From Macrostomum lignano (taxonomy: Eukaryota), in assembly GCA_002269645.1 (NCBI GenBank), contig NIVC01000092.1, forward strand, positions 186,001 to 250,000: 64,000 bases of DNA, read 5' to 3'. A model generated the notes under the pieces. That model did not search any database. It had not been told where the DNA came from and saw nothing but the letters and a program-made list of their open reading frames with translations. A program made the translations under genes and the position numbers. The first letter of the stretch is position 1; every line of letters starts with the position of its first letter. This document shows positions 10,995 through 23,721 of this stretch, one piece after another.

Positions 10995-13135
10995 TCCTAG
11001 TGTCTGTCCTAGTTTCTGTCCTAGTGTCTGTCCTAGAGTCTGTCCTAGTGTCTGTCCTAGTGTCTGTCCTAGAGTCTGTCCTAGTGTCTGTCCTAGTGTC
11101 TGTCCTAGAGTCTGTCCTAGTGTCTGTCCTAGTGTCTGTCCTAGAGTCTGTCCTAGTGTCTGTCCTAGTGTCTGTCCTAGAGCTTGTCCTAGTGTCTGTC
11201 CTAGAGTCTGTCCTAGTGTCTGTCCTAGTGTGTGTCCTAGTGTCTGTCCTAGTGTCTGTCCTAGTGTCTGTCCTAGAGTCTGTCCTAGTGTCTGTCCTAG
11301 TGTCTGTCCTAGTGTCTGTCCTAGAGTCTGTCCTAGAGTCTGTCCTAAAGTCTGTCCTAGTCCTAGTGTCTGTCCTAGTGTCTGTCCTAGTGTCTGTCCT
11401 AGAGTCTGTCCTAGAGTCTGTCCTAGTGTCTGTCCTAGTGTCTGTCCTAGTGTCTGTCCTAGAGTCTGTCCTAGAAACTGTCCTAGAGTCTGTCCTAGAG
11501 TCTGTCCTAGTCCTAGTGTCTGTCCTAGAGTCTGTCCTAGAGTCTGTCCTAGAGTCTGTCCTAGTCCTAGTGTCTGTCCTAGAGCTTGTCCTAGTGTCTG
11601 TCCTAGAGTCTGTCCTAGAGCTTGTCCTAGTGTCTGTCCTAGAGCTTGTCCTAGTGTCTGTCCTAGAGTCTGTCCTAGTGTCTGTCCTAGTGTCTGTCCT
11701 AGAGTCTGTCCTAGAGTCTGTCCTAGTGTCTGTCCTAGTGTCTGTCCTAGAGTCTGTCCTAGAGTCTATCCTAAAGTCTGTCCTAGTCCTAGTGTCTGTC
11801 CTAGAGTCTGTCCTAGAGTCTGTCCTAGAGTCTGTCCTAGAGTCTGTCCTAGAGTCTGTCCTAGAGTCTGTCCTAGTGTCTGTCCTAGAGTCTGTCCTAG
11901 TCCTAGAGTCTGTCCTAGTGTCTGTCCTAGAGTCTGTCCTGGTGTCTGTCCTGGTGTCTGTCCTAGAGTCTGTCCTAGTGTCTGTCCTAGTGTCTGTCCT
12001 AGAGTCTGTCCTAGAGTCTGTCCTAGAGTCTGTCCTAGAGTCTGTCCTAGAGTCTGTCCTAGAGTCTGTCCTAGTCCTAGTGTCTGTCCTAGTGTCTGTC
12101 CTAGAGTCTGTCCTAGAGTCTGTCCTAGAGTCTGTCCTAGAGTCTGTCCTAGAGTCTGTCCTAGTGTCTGTCCTAGTGTCTGTCCTAGAGTCTGTCCTAG
12201 AGTCTGTCCTAGTGTCTGTCCTAGTCCTAGAGTCTGTCCTAGTGTCTGTCCTAGTGTCTGCCCTAGTGTGTGTCCTAGAGTCTGTCCTAGAGTCTGTCCT
12301 AGAGTCTGTCCTAGTGTCTGTCCTAGTGTCTGTCCTAGTGTGTGTCCTAGAGTCTGTCCTAGAGTCTGTCCTAGTCCTAGTGTCTGTCCTAGTGTCTGTC
12401 CTAGTGTCTGTCCTAGAGTCTGTCCTAGAGTCTGTCCTAGTGTCTGTCCTAGTGTCTGTCCTAGTGTGTGTCCTAGATTCTGTCCTAGAGTCTGTCCTAG
12501 TCCTAGTGTCTGTCCTAGTGTCTGTCCTAGTGTCTGTCCTAGAGTCTGTCCTAGAGTCTGTCCTAGTGTCTGTCCTAGAGTCTGTCCTAGTCCTAGTGTC
12601 TGTCCTAGAGTCTCTCCTAGAGTCTGTCCTAGAGTCTGTCCTAGTCCTAGTGTCTGTCCTAGTGTCTGTCCTAGAGTCTGTCCTAGAGTCTGTCCTAGTG
12701 TCTGTCCTAGTGTCTGTCCTAGAGCTTGTCCTAGTGTCTGTCCTAGAGTCTGTCCTAGAGTCTGTCCTAGAGTCTGTCCTAGAGTCTGTCCTAGTCCTAG
12801 AGTCTGTCCTAGTGTCTGTCCTAGTGTCTGTCCTAGAGTCTGTCCTAGTGTCTGTCCTGGAGTCTGTCCTAGAGTCTGTCCTAGAGTCTGTCCTAGAGTT
12901 TGTCCTAGTGTCTGTCCTAGAGTCTGTCCTAGAGTCTGTCCTAGAGTCTGTCCTAGAGTCTGTCCTAGAGTCTGTCCTAGTGTCTGTCCTAGAGTCTGTC
13001 CTAGAGTCTGTCCTAGAGTCTGTCCTAGAGTCTGTCCTAGTGTCTGTCCTAGAGTCTGTCCTAGTGTCTGTCCTAGAGTCTGTCCTAGTGTCTGTCCTAG
13101 TGTCTGTCCTAGTGTCTGTCCTAGAGTCTGTCTGT
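10995..13135. repeat. 12-bp minisatellite GTCCTAG(T/A)GTCT, ~2.1 kb, NCX intron 5
   Basis: Two major variants interspersed, with rarer GAGCTT and 6-bp GTCCTA variants. Confidence 0.97.
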
Positions 13136-13514
13136 CCTATTATCTAGTGTCTGCCGCCTATTTCCGCTTTTCAGTCTAGTGGAGAAACGAAATGCAATCC
13201 CCTAACATGGGGCACATTTTGGCATTTCAGCCTTACTAACGGTACAGAACCAGGTGTGTAAATAAACAGGCAATGCCAATTTTGCAGGCAACTGAGTGCA
13301 TGACTTTGAATGATTTTTTGCGCGAATGCAAACGTAAGTCTGTACCTGTTGCTTAGGGGGAGAGAGAGACGAGAAGATGAATTACCATGGATCAGAGAAT
13401 GTACTTTCAGAGACAATCAGAGAGAAAGAGAGAAGGCGGAGTGAGAGAGTGAGAAATAGGAGAGAAGTGCGATGAAAGAGTCAGACAGTGAGGGAGAGGG
13501 AGTGAGTGAATGTG

Positions 13515-14030
13515 AGAGGCAGAGACGGAGAGTGAGAGGGAGAGAGATGGAGAGTTACAGGGAGAGAGAGCGAGGGTGAGTGAGAGAGTGGGGGTCAGAT
13601 GGAGAGACGGAGAGTGAGAGGGAGAGAGATGGAGAGTTACAGGGAGAGAGAGCGAGGGTGAGTGAGAGAGTGGGGGTCAGATGGAGAGACGGAGAGTGAG
13701 AGGGAGAGAGATGGAGAGTTACAGGGAGAGAGAGCGAGGGTGAGTGAGAGAGTGGGGGTCAGATGGAGAGACGGAGAGTGAGAGGGAGAGAGATGGAGAG
13801 TTACAGGGAGAGAGAGCGAGGGTGAGTGAGAGAGTGGGGGTCAGATGGAGAGACGGAGAGTGAGAGGGAGAGAGATGGAGAGTTACAGGGAGAGAGAGCG
13901 AGGGTGAGTGAGAGAGTGGGGTCAGAGGGAGAGACGGAGAGTGAGAGGGAGAGAGATGGAGAGTTACAGGGAGAGAGAGCGAGGGTGAGTGAGAGAGTGG
14001 GGGTCAGAGGGAGAGACGGAGAGTGAGAGG
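13515..14030. repeat. 82-bp GA-rich tandem repeat, about 6 copies
   Basis: GAGACGG recurs at 13522, 13604, 13686 and onward. Confidence 0.92.
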
Positions 14031-14314
14031 AGGAGCGAGAGCATCGTGAGGGAATGATGGAATCCATTTTTAAGTAAAATCCATTTCAAGCCACCAGTGT
14101 TCACCCATTTGTATCAAAGTTCGCATTAAAATTGCAGTAAATTTAATTTTTGCCTTGTCCAATTGAAGCTCATAGATTAGCCAAACCCAAAGTAAAATTT
14201 AAGCGATCTCAGCTTCTCAGGTTCTCGGCTAATTTATCGATTAAACAAGGTTGCTAGAAAAACTGCAGTCAGCAAAGTCCTGCCCGCTCCCCTCATCCCC
14301 ATTTTATACCGCAC

Positions 14315-14493
14315 CTTCCAGCCGAAGGTGAAGAAGTGCATCACATAGTCTATGGCCGTGGCGTTCTCAATGTCGCCGCCATTGACGTTCATAGCCTGCC
14401 GGAACTGGTCCGCGTAGGTGTTCCTGTCCACCCGGATGGCGTCCAGGTCCACGTTGGCGGTGTGAGCCAGGCGGCTGATGAACCCGTTGAACT
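14315..14493 (-). CDS. SLC8A: NCX exon 5
   Basis: Acceptor CCCGCAG|AG; EFNGFISRL...TYADQFRQAM...DYVMHFFTFGWK. Donor AAG|GTGCGG. Confidence 0.92.
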
Positions 14494-14524
14494 CTGCGGG
14501 ATTCGGATTTTGGATGGGTTGTCT

Positions 14525-15790
14525 GACATCAGACATTGATCCTCTGACGTCCCAATTGATCCCCTGACATCCCGATTGATCTCCTGACACCCCGATTGAT
14601 CTCCTGACATCCCAATTGATCTCCTGACATCCCGATTGATCTCCTGACATCCCGATTGATCTCCTGACATCCCAATTGATCTCCTGACATCCCGATTGAT
14701 CTCCTGACATCCCGATTGATCTCCTGACATCCCGATTGATCTCCTGACATCCCGATTGATCTCCTGACATCCCGATTGATCTCCTGACATCCCGATTGAT
14801 CTCCTGACATCCCGATTGATCTCCTGACATCCAGATTGATCTCCTGACATCCCGATTGATCTCCTGACATCCCGATTGATCTCCTGACATCCCGATTAAT
14901 CTCCTGACATCCCGATTGATCTCCTGACATCCCGATTAATCTCCTGACATCCCGATTGATCTCCTGACATCCCGATTGATCTCCTGACATCCCGATTGAT
15001 CTCCTGACATCCCAATTGATCTCCTGACATCCCGATTGATCTCCTGACATCCCGATTGATCTCCTGACACCCCGATTGATCTCCTGACATCCCAATTGAT
15101 CTCCTGACATCCCGATTGATCTCCTGACATCCCAATTGATCTCCTGACATCCCGATTGATCTCCTGACACCCCGATTGATCTCCTGACATCCCGATTGAT
15201 CTCCTGACATCCCGATTGATCTCCTGACATCCCGATTGATCTCCTGACATCCCGATTGATCTCCTGACATCCCGATTGATCTCCTGACATCCCGATTGAT
15301 CTCCTGACACCCCGATTGATCTCCTGACATCCCAATTGATCTCCTGACATCCCAATTGATCTCCTGACATCCCGATTGATCTCCTGACATCCCAATTGAT
15401 CTCCTGACATCCCAATTGATCTCCTGACATCCCGATTGATCTCCTGACATCCCGATTAATCTCCTGACATCCCGATTGATCTCCTGACATCCCGATTGAT
15501 CTCCTGACATCCCGATTGATCTCCTGACATCCCGATTGATCTCCTGACATCCCGATTGATCTCCTGACATCCCGATTGATCTCCTGACATCCCGATTGAT
15601 CTCCTGACATCCCGATTGATCTCCTGACATCCCGATTGATCTCCTGACATCCCGATTAATCTCCTGACATCCCGATTGATCTCCTGACATCCCGATTAAT
15701 CTCCTGACATCCCGATTGATCTCCTGACATCCCGATTGATCTCCTGACATCCCGATTGATCTCCTGACATCCCGATTGATCTCCTGACGT
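14525..15790. repeat. 20-bp minisatellite CTCCTGACATCCCGATTGAT, NCX intron 4
   Basis: About 63 near-perfect units. Confidence 0.97.
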
Positions 15791-15920
15791 CCTACCCGAT
15801 TACCTAACATTCACTTTTGTTCCTGATCTTGAAACAAACAATTCTTAATTCATTGAACCCATTTTCCGATATCCAACTATTTTCCCCTGACACTCATTTC
15901 GCAATCCCCCGACGCCCTAC

Positions 15921-16026
15921 CGTCGTCATCCACAATGGTGATGATGGTGGCGCTGGTCTGGCCCAGCTTGGCACCCTCGCTGCACTCGGTCAGCAGCAGC
16001 TTGAAGTGCTCGTCCTTTTCCTTTTT
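15921..16026 (-). CDS. SLC8A: NCX exon 4: CBD2 C-terminal part (not in the ORF track)
   Basis: Acceptor TTTCAAAACAG|; KKEKDEHFKLLLTECSEGAKLGQTSATIITIVDDD. Donor G|GTAGGG; 106 nt keeps the frame. Confidence 0.88.
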
Positions 16027-16182
16027 CTGTTTTGAAATTAATAAAGTACATGTTGACCGATGTCAGGAACTGAGGGTAGCTACGTGTGCGTTTTCTACAA
16101 TAGATTGTTAGCTAATTGATTTTAATATTGGCTACAGTCGTAGAAGCACTGAATGAAAAATCTCTCTTATAGTGAGTGCGCT

Positions 16183-16184
<2 letters not shown>

Positions 16185-16250
<66 letters not shown>
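16185..16250. repeat. (CCTG)n microsatellite
   Basis: Direct reading. Confidence 0.95.
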
Positions 16251-16251
<1 letters not shown>

Positions 16252-16544
16252 ACTGCTTCACCAGCGTCTCTTATCGCTTCTTGTTATAAAAATAGGAATA
16301 ACAATAATATTGCTTCTATTGTTGTGAGACAGTTCTTTGCCTTTGCCAACTGATATATCGGTACTGAAGTAAGCCATCTATCGAAGTTAGTTGACGTTTG
16401 GATTACGAGTATACCGGTAAGCCTACTGACAAGGAGCTGACTTTACATTGCTATAAATATAAGTTCAAGGACAGTACGCTCGTACTGAAATATCATGATG
16501 TTAACGTTAAAAAATTACGTAGACAGTGTTTCTGGAAGGAGAGT

Positions 16545-16712
16545 AAGTGAGAGGGTGAGACGGAGGATGAGAGGGTGAGATGGAGGGTGAGAGGGTGAGA
16601 CGATGAATGAGAGGGTGAGACGGAGGATAAGAGGGCGAGGCGGAGGATGATAGGGTGAGATGGAGGGTGAGAGGGTGAGAGAGAGGATGAGAGGGTGAGG
16701 CGGAGGGAGAGA
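16545..16712. repeat. GAGGGTGAGA-type purine-rich tandem repeat
   Basis: Degenerate tandem units in NCX intron 3. Confidence 0.85.
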
Positions 16713-16773
16713 GAATAATGAAAAAGACCCATCACCTAAAGCAGTGATTGCATCATCGCCAGCCGGAACTCAC

Positions 16774-17006
16774 CTGATCGTCATAGATGGCCACCTCGAT
16801 GGTCTTTTCAATTTCGCCGTGATTGAAAATCAGCTCGCCGCTGGAGGCCTCATAGTCGAAGCCGGCGCGGGCGGTCTGGTCCTCGGTCTTCCACGACACC
16901 TTCGCCACTCCGTCCGCTCCGTTCACCCGGCGAACTGGCACGGTGGCGCGGCCGCAGCTCTCCTTGAACAGGTAGCTGGCGTTCACGAACTCGAAAGTGC
17001 CCGGCT
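16774..17006 (-). CDS. SLC8A: NCX exon 3: CBD2 N-terminal part
   Basis: Acceptor GCCAG|AG giving NDDEPGTFEF; VRRVNGADG...DYEASSGELIFNHGE...IYDDQ. Donor CAG|GTGAGT. Confidence 0.93.
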
Positions 17007-17061
17007 CTGGCAGGTTGGTTTGGGACATGTTTAGCTCTGGCTGACCCTCTCCTCTGCATGT

Positions 17062-17516
17062 TGTCTACTCTACTCTCTACTCTCTACTGTCTACCATCTA
17101 CTCTTTTCTCTCTACTGTCTACTCTCTACTCTCTACTGTCTACCATCTACTCTTTTCTCTCTACTCTCTACTCTCTACTCTCTACTCTCTACTCTCTACT
17201 CTCTACTCTCTACTCTCTACTGTCTACCATCTACTCTTTCCTCTCTACTGTCTACTCTCTACTCTCTACTGTCTACTGTCTAAAATCTACTCTTTTCTCT
17301 CTACTGTCTACTCTCTACTCTCTACTGTCTACCATCTACTCTTTTCTCTCTACTCTCTACTGTCTACCATCTACTCTTTTCTCTCTACTCTCTACTCTCT
17401 ACTCTCTACTCTCTACTCTCTACTCTCTACTCTCTACTGTCTACCATCTACTCTTTCCTCTCTACTGTCTACTCTCTACTCTCTACTGTCTACTGTCTAA
17501 AATCTACTCTTTTCTC

Positions 17517-17550
<34 letters not shown>

Positions 17551-17990
17551 CTCTATTCTCTACTCTCTACTCTCTACTGTCTACCATCTACTCTTTTCTC
17601 TCTACTGTCTACTGTCTACTCTCTACTCTCTACTCTCTACTCTCTACTCTCTACTGTCTACCATCTACTCTCTACTGTCTACTCTCTACTCTCTACTCTC
17701 TACTCTCTACTGTCTACCATCTACTCTCTACTGTCTACCATCTACTCTCTACTGTCTACTCTCTACTCTCTACTCTCTACTCTCTACTGTCTACCATCTA
17801 CTCTCTACTGTCTACTGTCTACTCTCTACTCTCTACTCGCTACTCTCTACTCTCTACTCTCAAATCTCTACTCTCCACTGTCTACTGTCTACTCTCTAAT
17901 CTCGGCTTTTAACTCTACTCTTTTCTCCACTTTTTACTCTAATGTCTACTCTTCACTCTCAATTGTCTACTGTCTATTCTCTACTCTATT
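17062..17990. repeat. 7-bp CTCTACT/GTCTACT minisatellite
   Basis: Direct reading; NCX intron 2. Confidence 0.95.
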
Positions 17991-18516
17991 TTCCACTTTC
18001 TACTCTAGTATCTACTCAGATCAGATTTAATCAGAAACCATATTTTATCTGACAATACCTCATACGAACTCAATCTAAATTCAGTGTGGCGGTCAGAATC
18101 CGTCACATTTTATCTTTTATCAGATGGCTGCAGCACATTCTGTTCTTATTCAGCCTGCTAAATAATTCATTATCGAGACGGCCCTTCTCTCCACTCTAAA
18201 GTCCCTTCCATCCGTTATATTCTCTCCATCAATAGGGCTCCAGCATCCAGACTCTAGCTAGAACCCGTATAGCCTGCGCGAACACAATAGCAACTGTCTG
18301 TAAAAGCAGTCAATTCCCCAGCAACAACTCAACAAACCGTTCCACTTTCTCTGCATACCGTCAGCTGCTTTAAGCGCAAGCTGATTTGCTCGCTCAAAGC
18401 AAGAATTCCATAATAATCTGTAGTTAGGGACAATATTGATTTGTTCCTTCTGCTGCGTTGAATCAGGGTGCAGTTTGTGTCTGTTAGGAGAGTGTCTCTA
18501 AAATTATTAGTATAGC

Positions 18517-19005
18517 CTCTGCCTCTGCCTCTGCCTCTGCCTCTGCCTCTGCCTCTGCCTCTGCTTCTCCCTCTGCCTCTGCCTCTGCCTCTGCCTCTGC
18601 CTCTGCTTCTGCCTCTGCCTCTGCCTCTGCCTCTGCCTCTGCCTCTGCCTCTGCCTCTGCCTCTGCTTCTCCCTCTGCATCTGCCTCTGCCTCTGCCTCT
18701 GCCTCTGCCTCTGCCTCTGCCTCTGCCTCTGCCTCTGCCTCTGCCTCTGCTTCTGCCTCTGCCTCTGCCTCTGCCTCTGCCTCTGCCTCTGCCTCTGCCT
18801 CTGCCTCTGCTTCTCCCTCTGCATCTGCCTCTGCCTCTGCCTCTGCCTCTGCCTCTGCCTCTGCCTCTGCCTCTGCCTCTGCCTCTGCCTCTGCCTCTGC
18901 CTCTGCCTCTGCCTCTGCCTCTACCTCAGCTTCTCCCTCTGCCTCTGCCTCTGCCTCTGCCTCTGCCTCTGCCTCTGCCTCTGCCTCTGCCTCTGCTTCT
19001 GCCTC
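18517..19005. repeat. (GCCTCT)n hexamer array
   Basis: Direct reading. Confidence 0.97.
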
Positions 19006-19654
19006 TCCCCCATACTCCTCATATCTCCCTTTAAGATCTCTATACCATAATGTATAGTATCCTCCTATCCTATACTAAAGTACATTTTCCGGCCGTTTTT
19101 CATCCCCTAGTCATGCTAGCGCTTCGACTTCTACAATCAGACCCTGTGCCCTAGTTGCAAACCTTTTTAATCTATAATAGTAACTTAACTTTCATATAAA
19201 AGTGCTAACTTGAGTTAATAAAAGCATCTAGGCACTTCTTGGCTCTTATTGCATGGTCATACCGTGTTGTGAGCTTGTCTCGAAATTTACTGCTTCCCGA
19301 GATAACCTCCCTCGCTACACCGGCGTGAATGTTTGAGTAATACTATACACACGTATGCAAATTTCGAACCCTTCTTTACCTTCTGCAACTGAAAACTTGT
19401 CTAACAATATTAAATTACTTAAGATATTGCAGCCGTACATGCATTGTCGCCCCCAGTCATGCATGCCCTTACCTTAGGCAGTCCTACTCCCTCATGCGAT
19501 ATTAGAACAACAAAAACACAGCAGGGGGTCGGTAACATCTACATGTACCAGGGAATGGTGGGCCGGCAGCCACCAGCCTTCCTATCCAACTCAAAAAAGC
19601 TTTTACAAGGCACAGAAGTTAAGCAACGTCATTGGTAATTCAATAGTGTGTGAA

Positions 19655-20398
19655 AGCACCAGGGGCGCCAGCACCAAGGGCGCCAGCACCAGGGGCGCCA
19701 GCACCAGGGGCGCCAGCACCAGGGGCGCCAGCACCAGGGGCGCCAGCACCAGGGGCGCCAGCACCAGGGGCGCCAGCACCAGGGGCGCCAGCACCAGGGG
19801 CGCCAGCACCAGGGGCGCCAGCACCAGGGGCGCCAGCACCAGGGGCGCCAGCACCAGGGGCGCCAGCACCAGGGGCGCCAGCACCAGGGGCGCCAGCACC
19901 AGGGGCGCCAGCACCAGGGGCGCCAGCACCAAGGGCGCCAGCACCAGGGGCGCCAGCACCAGGGGCGCCAGCACCAGGGGCGCCAGCACCAGGGGCGCCA
20001 GCACCAGGGGCGCCAGCACCAGGGGCGCCAGCACCAGGGGCGCCAGCACCAGGGGCGCCAGCACCAGGGGCGCCAGCACCAGGGGCGCCAGCACCAGGGG
20101 CGCCAGCACCAGGGGCGCCAGCACCAGGGGCGCCAGCACCAGGGGCGCCAGCACCAGGGGCGCCAGCACCAGGGGCGCCAGCACCAGGGGCGCCAGCACC
20201 AGGGGCGCCAGCACCAGGGGCGCCAGCACCAGGGGCGCCAGCACCGGGGGCGCCAGCACCAGGGGCGCCAGCACCGGGGGCGCCAGCACCAGGGGCGCCA
20301 GCACCAGGGGCGCCAGCACCGGGGGCGCCAGCACCAGGGGCGCCAGCACCAGGGGCGCCAGCACCAGGGGCACCAGCACCAGGGGCGCCAGCACCAAG
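19655..20398. repeat. 15-bp GC-rich minisatellite GGGGCGCCAGCACCA
   Basis: About 49 units, nearly perfect; NCX intron 2. Confidence 0.97.
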
Positions 20399-20674
20399 GC
20401 TTTGCGATAAAGTGGGTGCCATATTATTTTGCCGGCCGAGGCCCCCCTGCCAATCCCTATGGCAACATGTAGTTGAAGAACTCTTAGGACAGCGGCATTG
20501 GTGAATCACAAATAACGTTGCTTGACTTCTGTGCCGCGTGACATTGTGAGTTTGAGGGGAAGGGGTGTAGCTGTTGCTGGGTGGATATTGTCAGCAGCGA
20601 ATTTCAGCAGGAAATGTTGGCAAGCTTCTACTCTGTAAGTCTCTGTCCAAATGATCAAAGAGGCCCTGTCTCAC

Positions 20675-21322
20675 CGTCATCGTTAATGATGGTGACCTGG
20701 TTGATCTTCTTCGGTCCCAGTCTGGCCAGCTTCTGGTCTTTCTCCAGCGTCAGCTTCACAAAGAACGTCTCGTCGGGCTCCCACTGGTTGTCGTCGATGA
20801 TCTCCACGTCCACAGTCTGCTGGGTCTCGTCCGGTTCAAATACGACCGTCTTTTTCAATGGCACGTAATCTTCATTCTTCGTAGCCGTTCCGTCCACCGT
20901 TTCGGCTTTGACTACTACGCGTTGCTTGACGTTGCCATAGCGACGGATGGTCAGTCGGGCTCGCTGGTCCCGTTCCAGCACGGCAACGCTGGTTGAGGTG
21001 AACTCAACCACGGACAGCCGGCCGTTCTCCGTCAGGGCGTCCTGCTTGGCCTTCAGGTGCGGATCAGACGAGGCTCCGTCGCCGGCGCCCTCAATCTCGG
21101 CCAGTTTGCCCTGCAGCTTCTCCGGCAGCTGCACCTGCAGTTTATGGCCGCCCATCATCTGCCTAGTGGCGTTGATGCGGTACCAGGCCCTGGAGTGCGG
21201 CATGCCTTCGCTGAACTTCTTCAAGGCCAGCCGACGGACCTCCTCCTCGGTCAGGTTGGGATCTTTGCCGATCTGCTTGATGAACTCTCGTAGCTTCTCT
21301 TCGTTGATGTGGTGCGCGTCGT
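20675..21322 (-). CDS. SLC8A: NCX exon 2: linker and Calx-beta domain 1 (CBD1)
   Basis: Acceptor CCCTCAG|AC; SRAWYRINATR; ETVDGTATKNEDY...EIIDDNQWEPDETFFVKL. Donor G|GTGAGA; phases match. Confidence 0.93.
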
Positions 21323-23489
21323 CTGAGGGATGAAAGTTTGGGTTGCACTTTCTAATAACATTATTGTCCGTTACTAAATTTGAAATACCATCAGTATCCT
21401 GCACTTGCAGTTGATCGCAAGTTTGGGAAGGGCTTATTGTGCTCTGGGGAGGGATTTCACATGTTCACGAAGCCGCTAGGAACGAACCTTTCGTTCCGAG
21501 CCAAGCCACACCCATTGCGTCGGCGCCATGTGTAGTCAAAATCATGTGCATATTGCGCTAAAAGCAATTTAGCTCCTTTGTCCCTTATTTCTTGTTGGAT
21601 GCCTATTACCTATAAGAAGCCAGAGTCTTCATTCCAGCACGCACGAGTAACCCGAAACCCCTTCTTCTCAATCAGATCCGGGCGGTTATGTTCCCATCTG
21701 ACAGTCGCAAAATGCACTGTCAGAGGCTGTTCACTTTTGAGCGACGTATTAGAAATATCCCCTATCTAACTGATCCCTGCTTTCGGGGCCTTTGTGCAAA
21801 ATGCCTTTTTGTGACATCACAGAGAGGCTTCCGCATGCCTGAGTATTTCTTCAACTGTCCGCGATCGTGTTTGATGTAGGAAAAGGTTTCCAGTAAAAAT
21901 ATGCAGAGGAACCGGCATAACCATAACTACCGTAGTTGCTTCCTCGACTGTCGCCCTGCTATGCAACTGTGCCCAAACTTCTCTGAAAACTAACAAACGA
22001 CGCCGAAATTCTCTGTAGTAGTCGTTATTCGAAACCAAGCCTTAAGGCACTCGCGTGTGAGTGAGTGCATAACCCAGTCCGAGCTTTCATTTTGGTGCAA
22101 ACAAGGTGACCAATTATGGTAAGAATGCAAATTGCAGTTCGCAGTTTGCGCTAAAAATTAATAATTTAGCTGTAGCTATAGGTAAGAAGTTATATTCCAT
22201 AATTGAGCTTGGGGTCATATCAATCTGGGCATCTGCGCAGTCCTATTGCCAAAGTGAAGTTAACGAAAACTAATTATTTCTGCAGCCATAAGAGGAATCC
22301 CGGCCGATCCTGCAGTTTGGGAACTTTTTCTCCTTGCGGTCCCTACACCAACCTCATCGTCAGTGCCCACTTTTTACGTCTGGATAACCTTTAAAGACAG
22401 GGGTCTGTGCGGCTGGCAACAGGGACTGGTCGGGGGGGACTTCACCCCCTAGCCTGTTTTCGACTAATCGATAGCCGAAAACTCGACCGCCCTATTTGGG
22501 AAGGGAGGGGATGTGGCAGCAGAATCCCGCAACTCGGTTGGGGGGGGGGGGGGGGGTTGGGGTATTAGCCGCAGCCTGTTTGGTACTGTAAATGCGTGGC
22601 ATTTAATTTGTGTCTGCACTGATACGGAATCATCTGACTCTTTGCTGACCTCCAATCGTATCCGGTCGGATTAATTGCTTTTAAATCGGTCCTGTAAACA
22701 TTGAATGGTAATTTTTTTTAAATATCTGGTTGAAAAACCTGGTGATGAAGTTATTCAACGAAGAGTAGCCTGGATCCTCGATGCTAAAAAATAAATTATT
22801 TAGTTTGTTTTAATTGCGTATCGATTTATTCCGCTTTATTGTCGGAGCCGGTGACTTGGATCGTAGCATGGAAGCTTCTTTAAACATTTCAGCAGCCAGC
22901 CGCATCCTTCCTTGTTCCAGGGCTTCGGGCATCAACTTTTGCTGCTACCTACATATCCACAGTTCCTTTCTCCTCTTTCCAAACACACCGACAGCGGGGT
23001 GTCTGGCGAGATTTGCGCCGGGTAGGCATTCAAAAGTGCAACCGGGAGGAGAATACAACAACTGCTGCTGCGGAAGCAGATTGGGCCAGCCATGTTGATA
23101 AATCTAGCGGAGGTTTGGGCTAGAAATGCAAAAGAAGGTAAGAACATTTCCTGGTGAGGGTAATTTCCAGGTAATCTTTTCGAAGCAATATTGTTCCATC
23201 ACCACTGCTTCTAGAGGGCGGCAAAGTAGTAGAAATTTAGTGCGTTAGTCTGAAACAATTGCTCCTAGAAGGATATGCTGTTTTTTACCATTGTAGCTGC
23301 ATATCAGCTTTGGAACCTTTTAATTGCTTGTGCTGAAAACATTTGAATTGGAATTCAAACTGCTTTGGGTCATCTTGGGTGGCATGGGTCTCGTGTACAA
23401 GCAAGTAGGAGATATTTTAACTAAACACTCGTACTGTAGAAGTCCGAGTGTACGCAATATTGACCGTTGCTTTTCTTCTATCCAGCTAA

Positions 23490-23650
23490 CCCTCCGGTCA
23501 CTGAATGGGGAGTCGCTACCCCTTGATCGGTCATTGAATGGGGAGCCGCTACCCCTTGATCGGTCATTGAATGGGGAGCCGCTACCCCTTGATCGGTCAT
23601 TGAATGGGGAGCCGCTACCCCTTGATCCGTCATGAATGAGGAGCCGCTAC
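23490..23650. repeat. 33-bp tandem repeat GGGGAGCCGCTACCCCTTGATCGGTCATTGAAT, about 5 copies
   Basis: 33-bp period, just inside NCX intron 1. Confidence 0.92.
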
Positions 23651-23721
23651 TCCCTTGGATTCTATAAGATTCTTCAAAAAGTGCGCATAAGCTTTTGAAA
23701 CGTGTGGATAAAGGAACTCAC

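Noticed and set aside
10556-13179. 863-aa and 649-aa ORFs (VLVS/CPRV repeats)
   Set aside because: Translations of a stop-free 12-bp intronic minisatellite, antisense to NCX.
14234-15810. Multiple MSGDQSGCQEINRDVRRSIG ORFs
   Set aside because: Products of the 20-bp repeat; only 14315-14493 is a real NCX exon.
19603-20509. GAPGA/APGAP silk- or elastin-like ORFs
   Set aside because: Several frames on both strands are open only because the 15-bp unit lacks stops. The array is inside NCX intron 2 with no flanking coding context.
22395-22580. Possible small hAT MITE (CAGGGGTCTGTGCGGCT ... AGCCGCAGCCTG)
   Set aside because: Poor TIR match and no target-site duplication.
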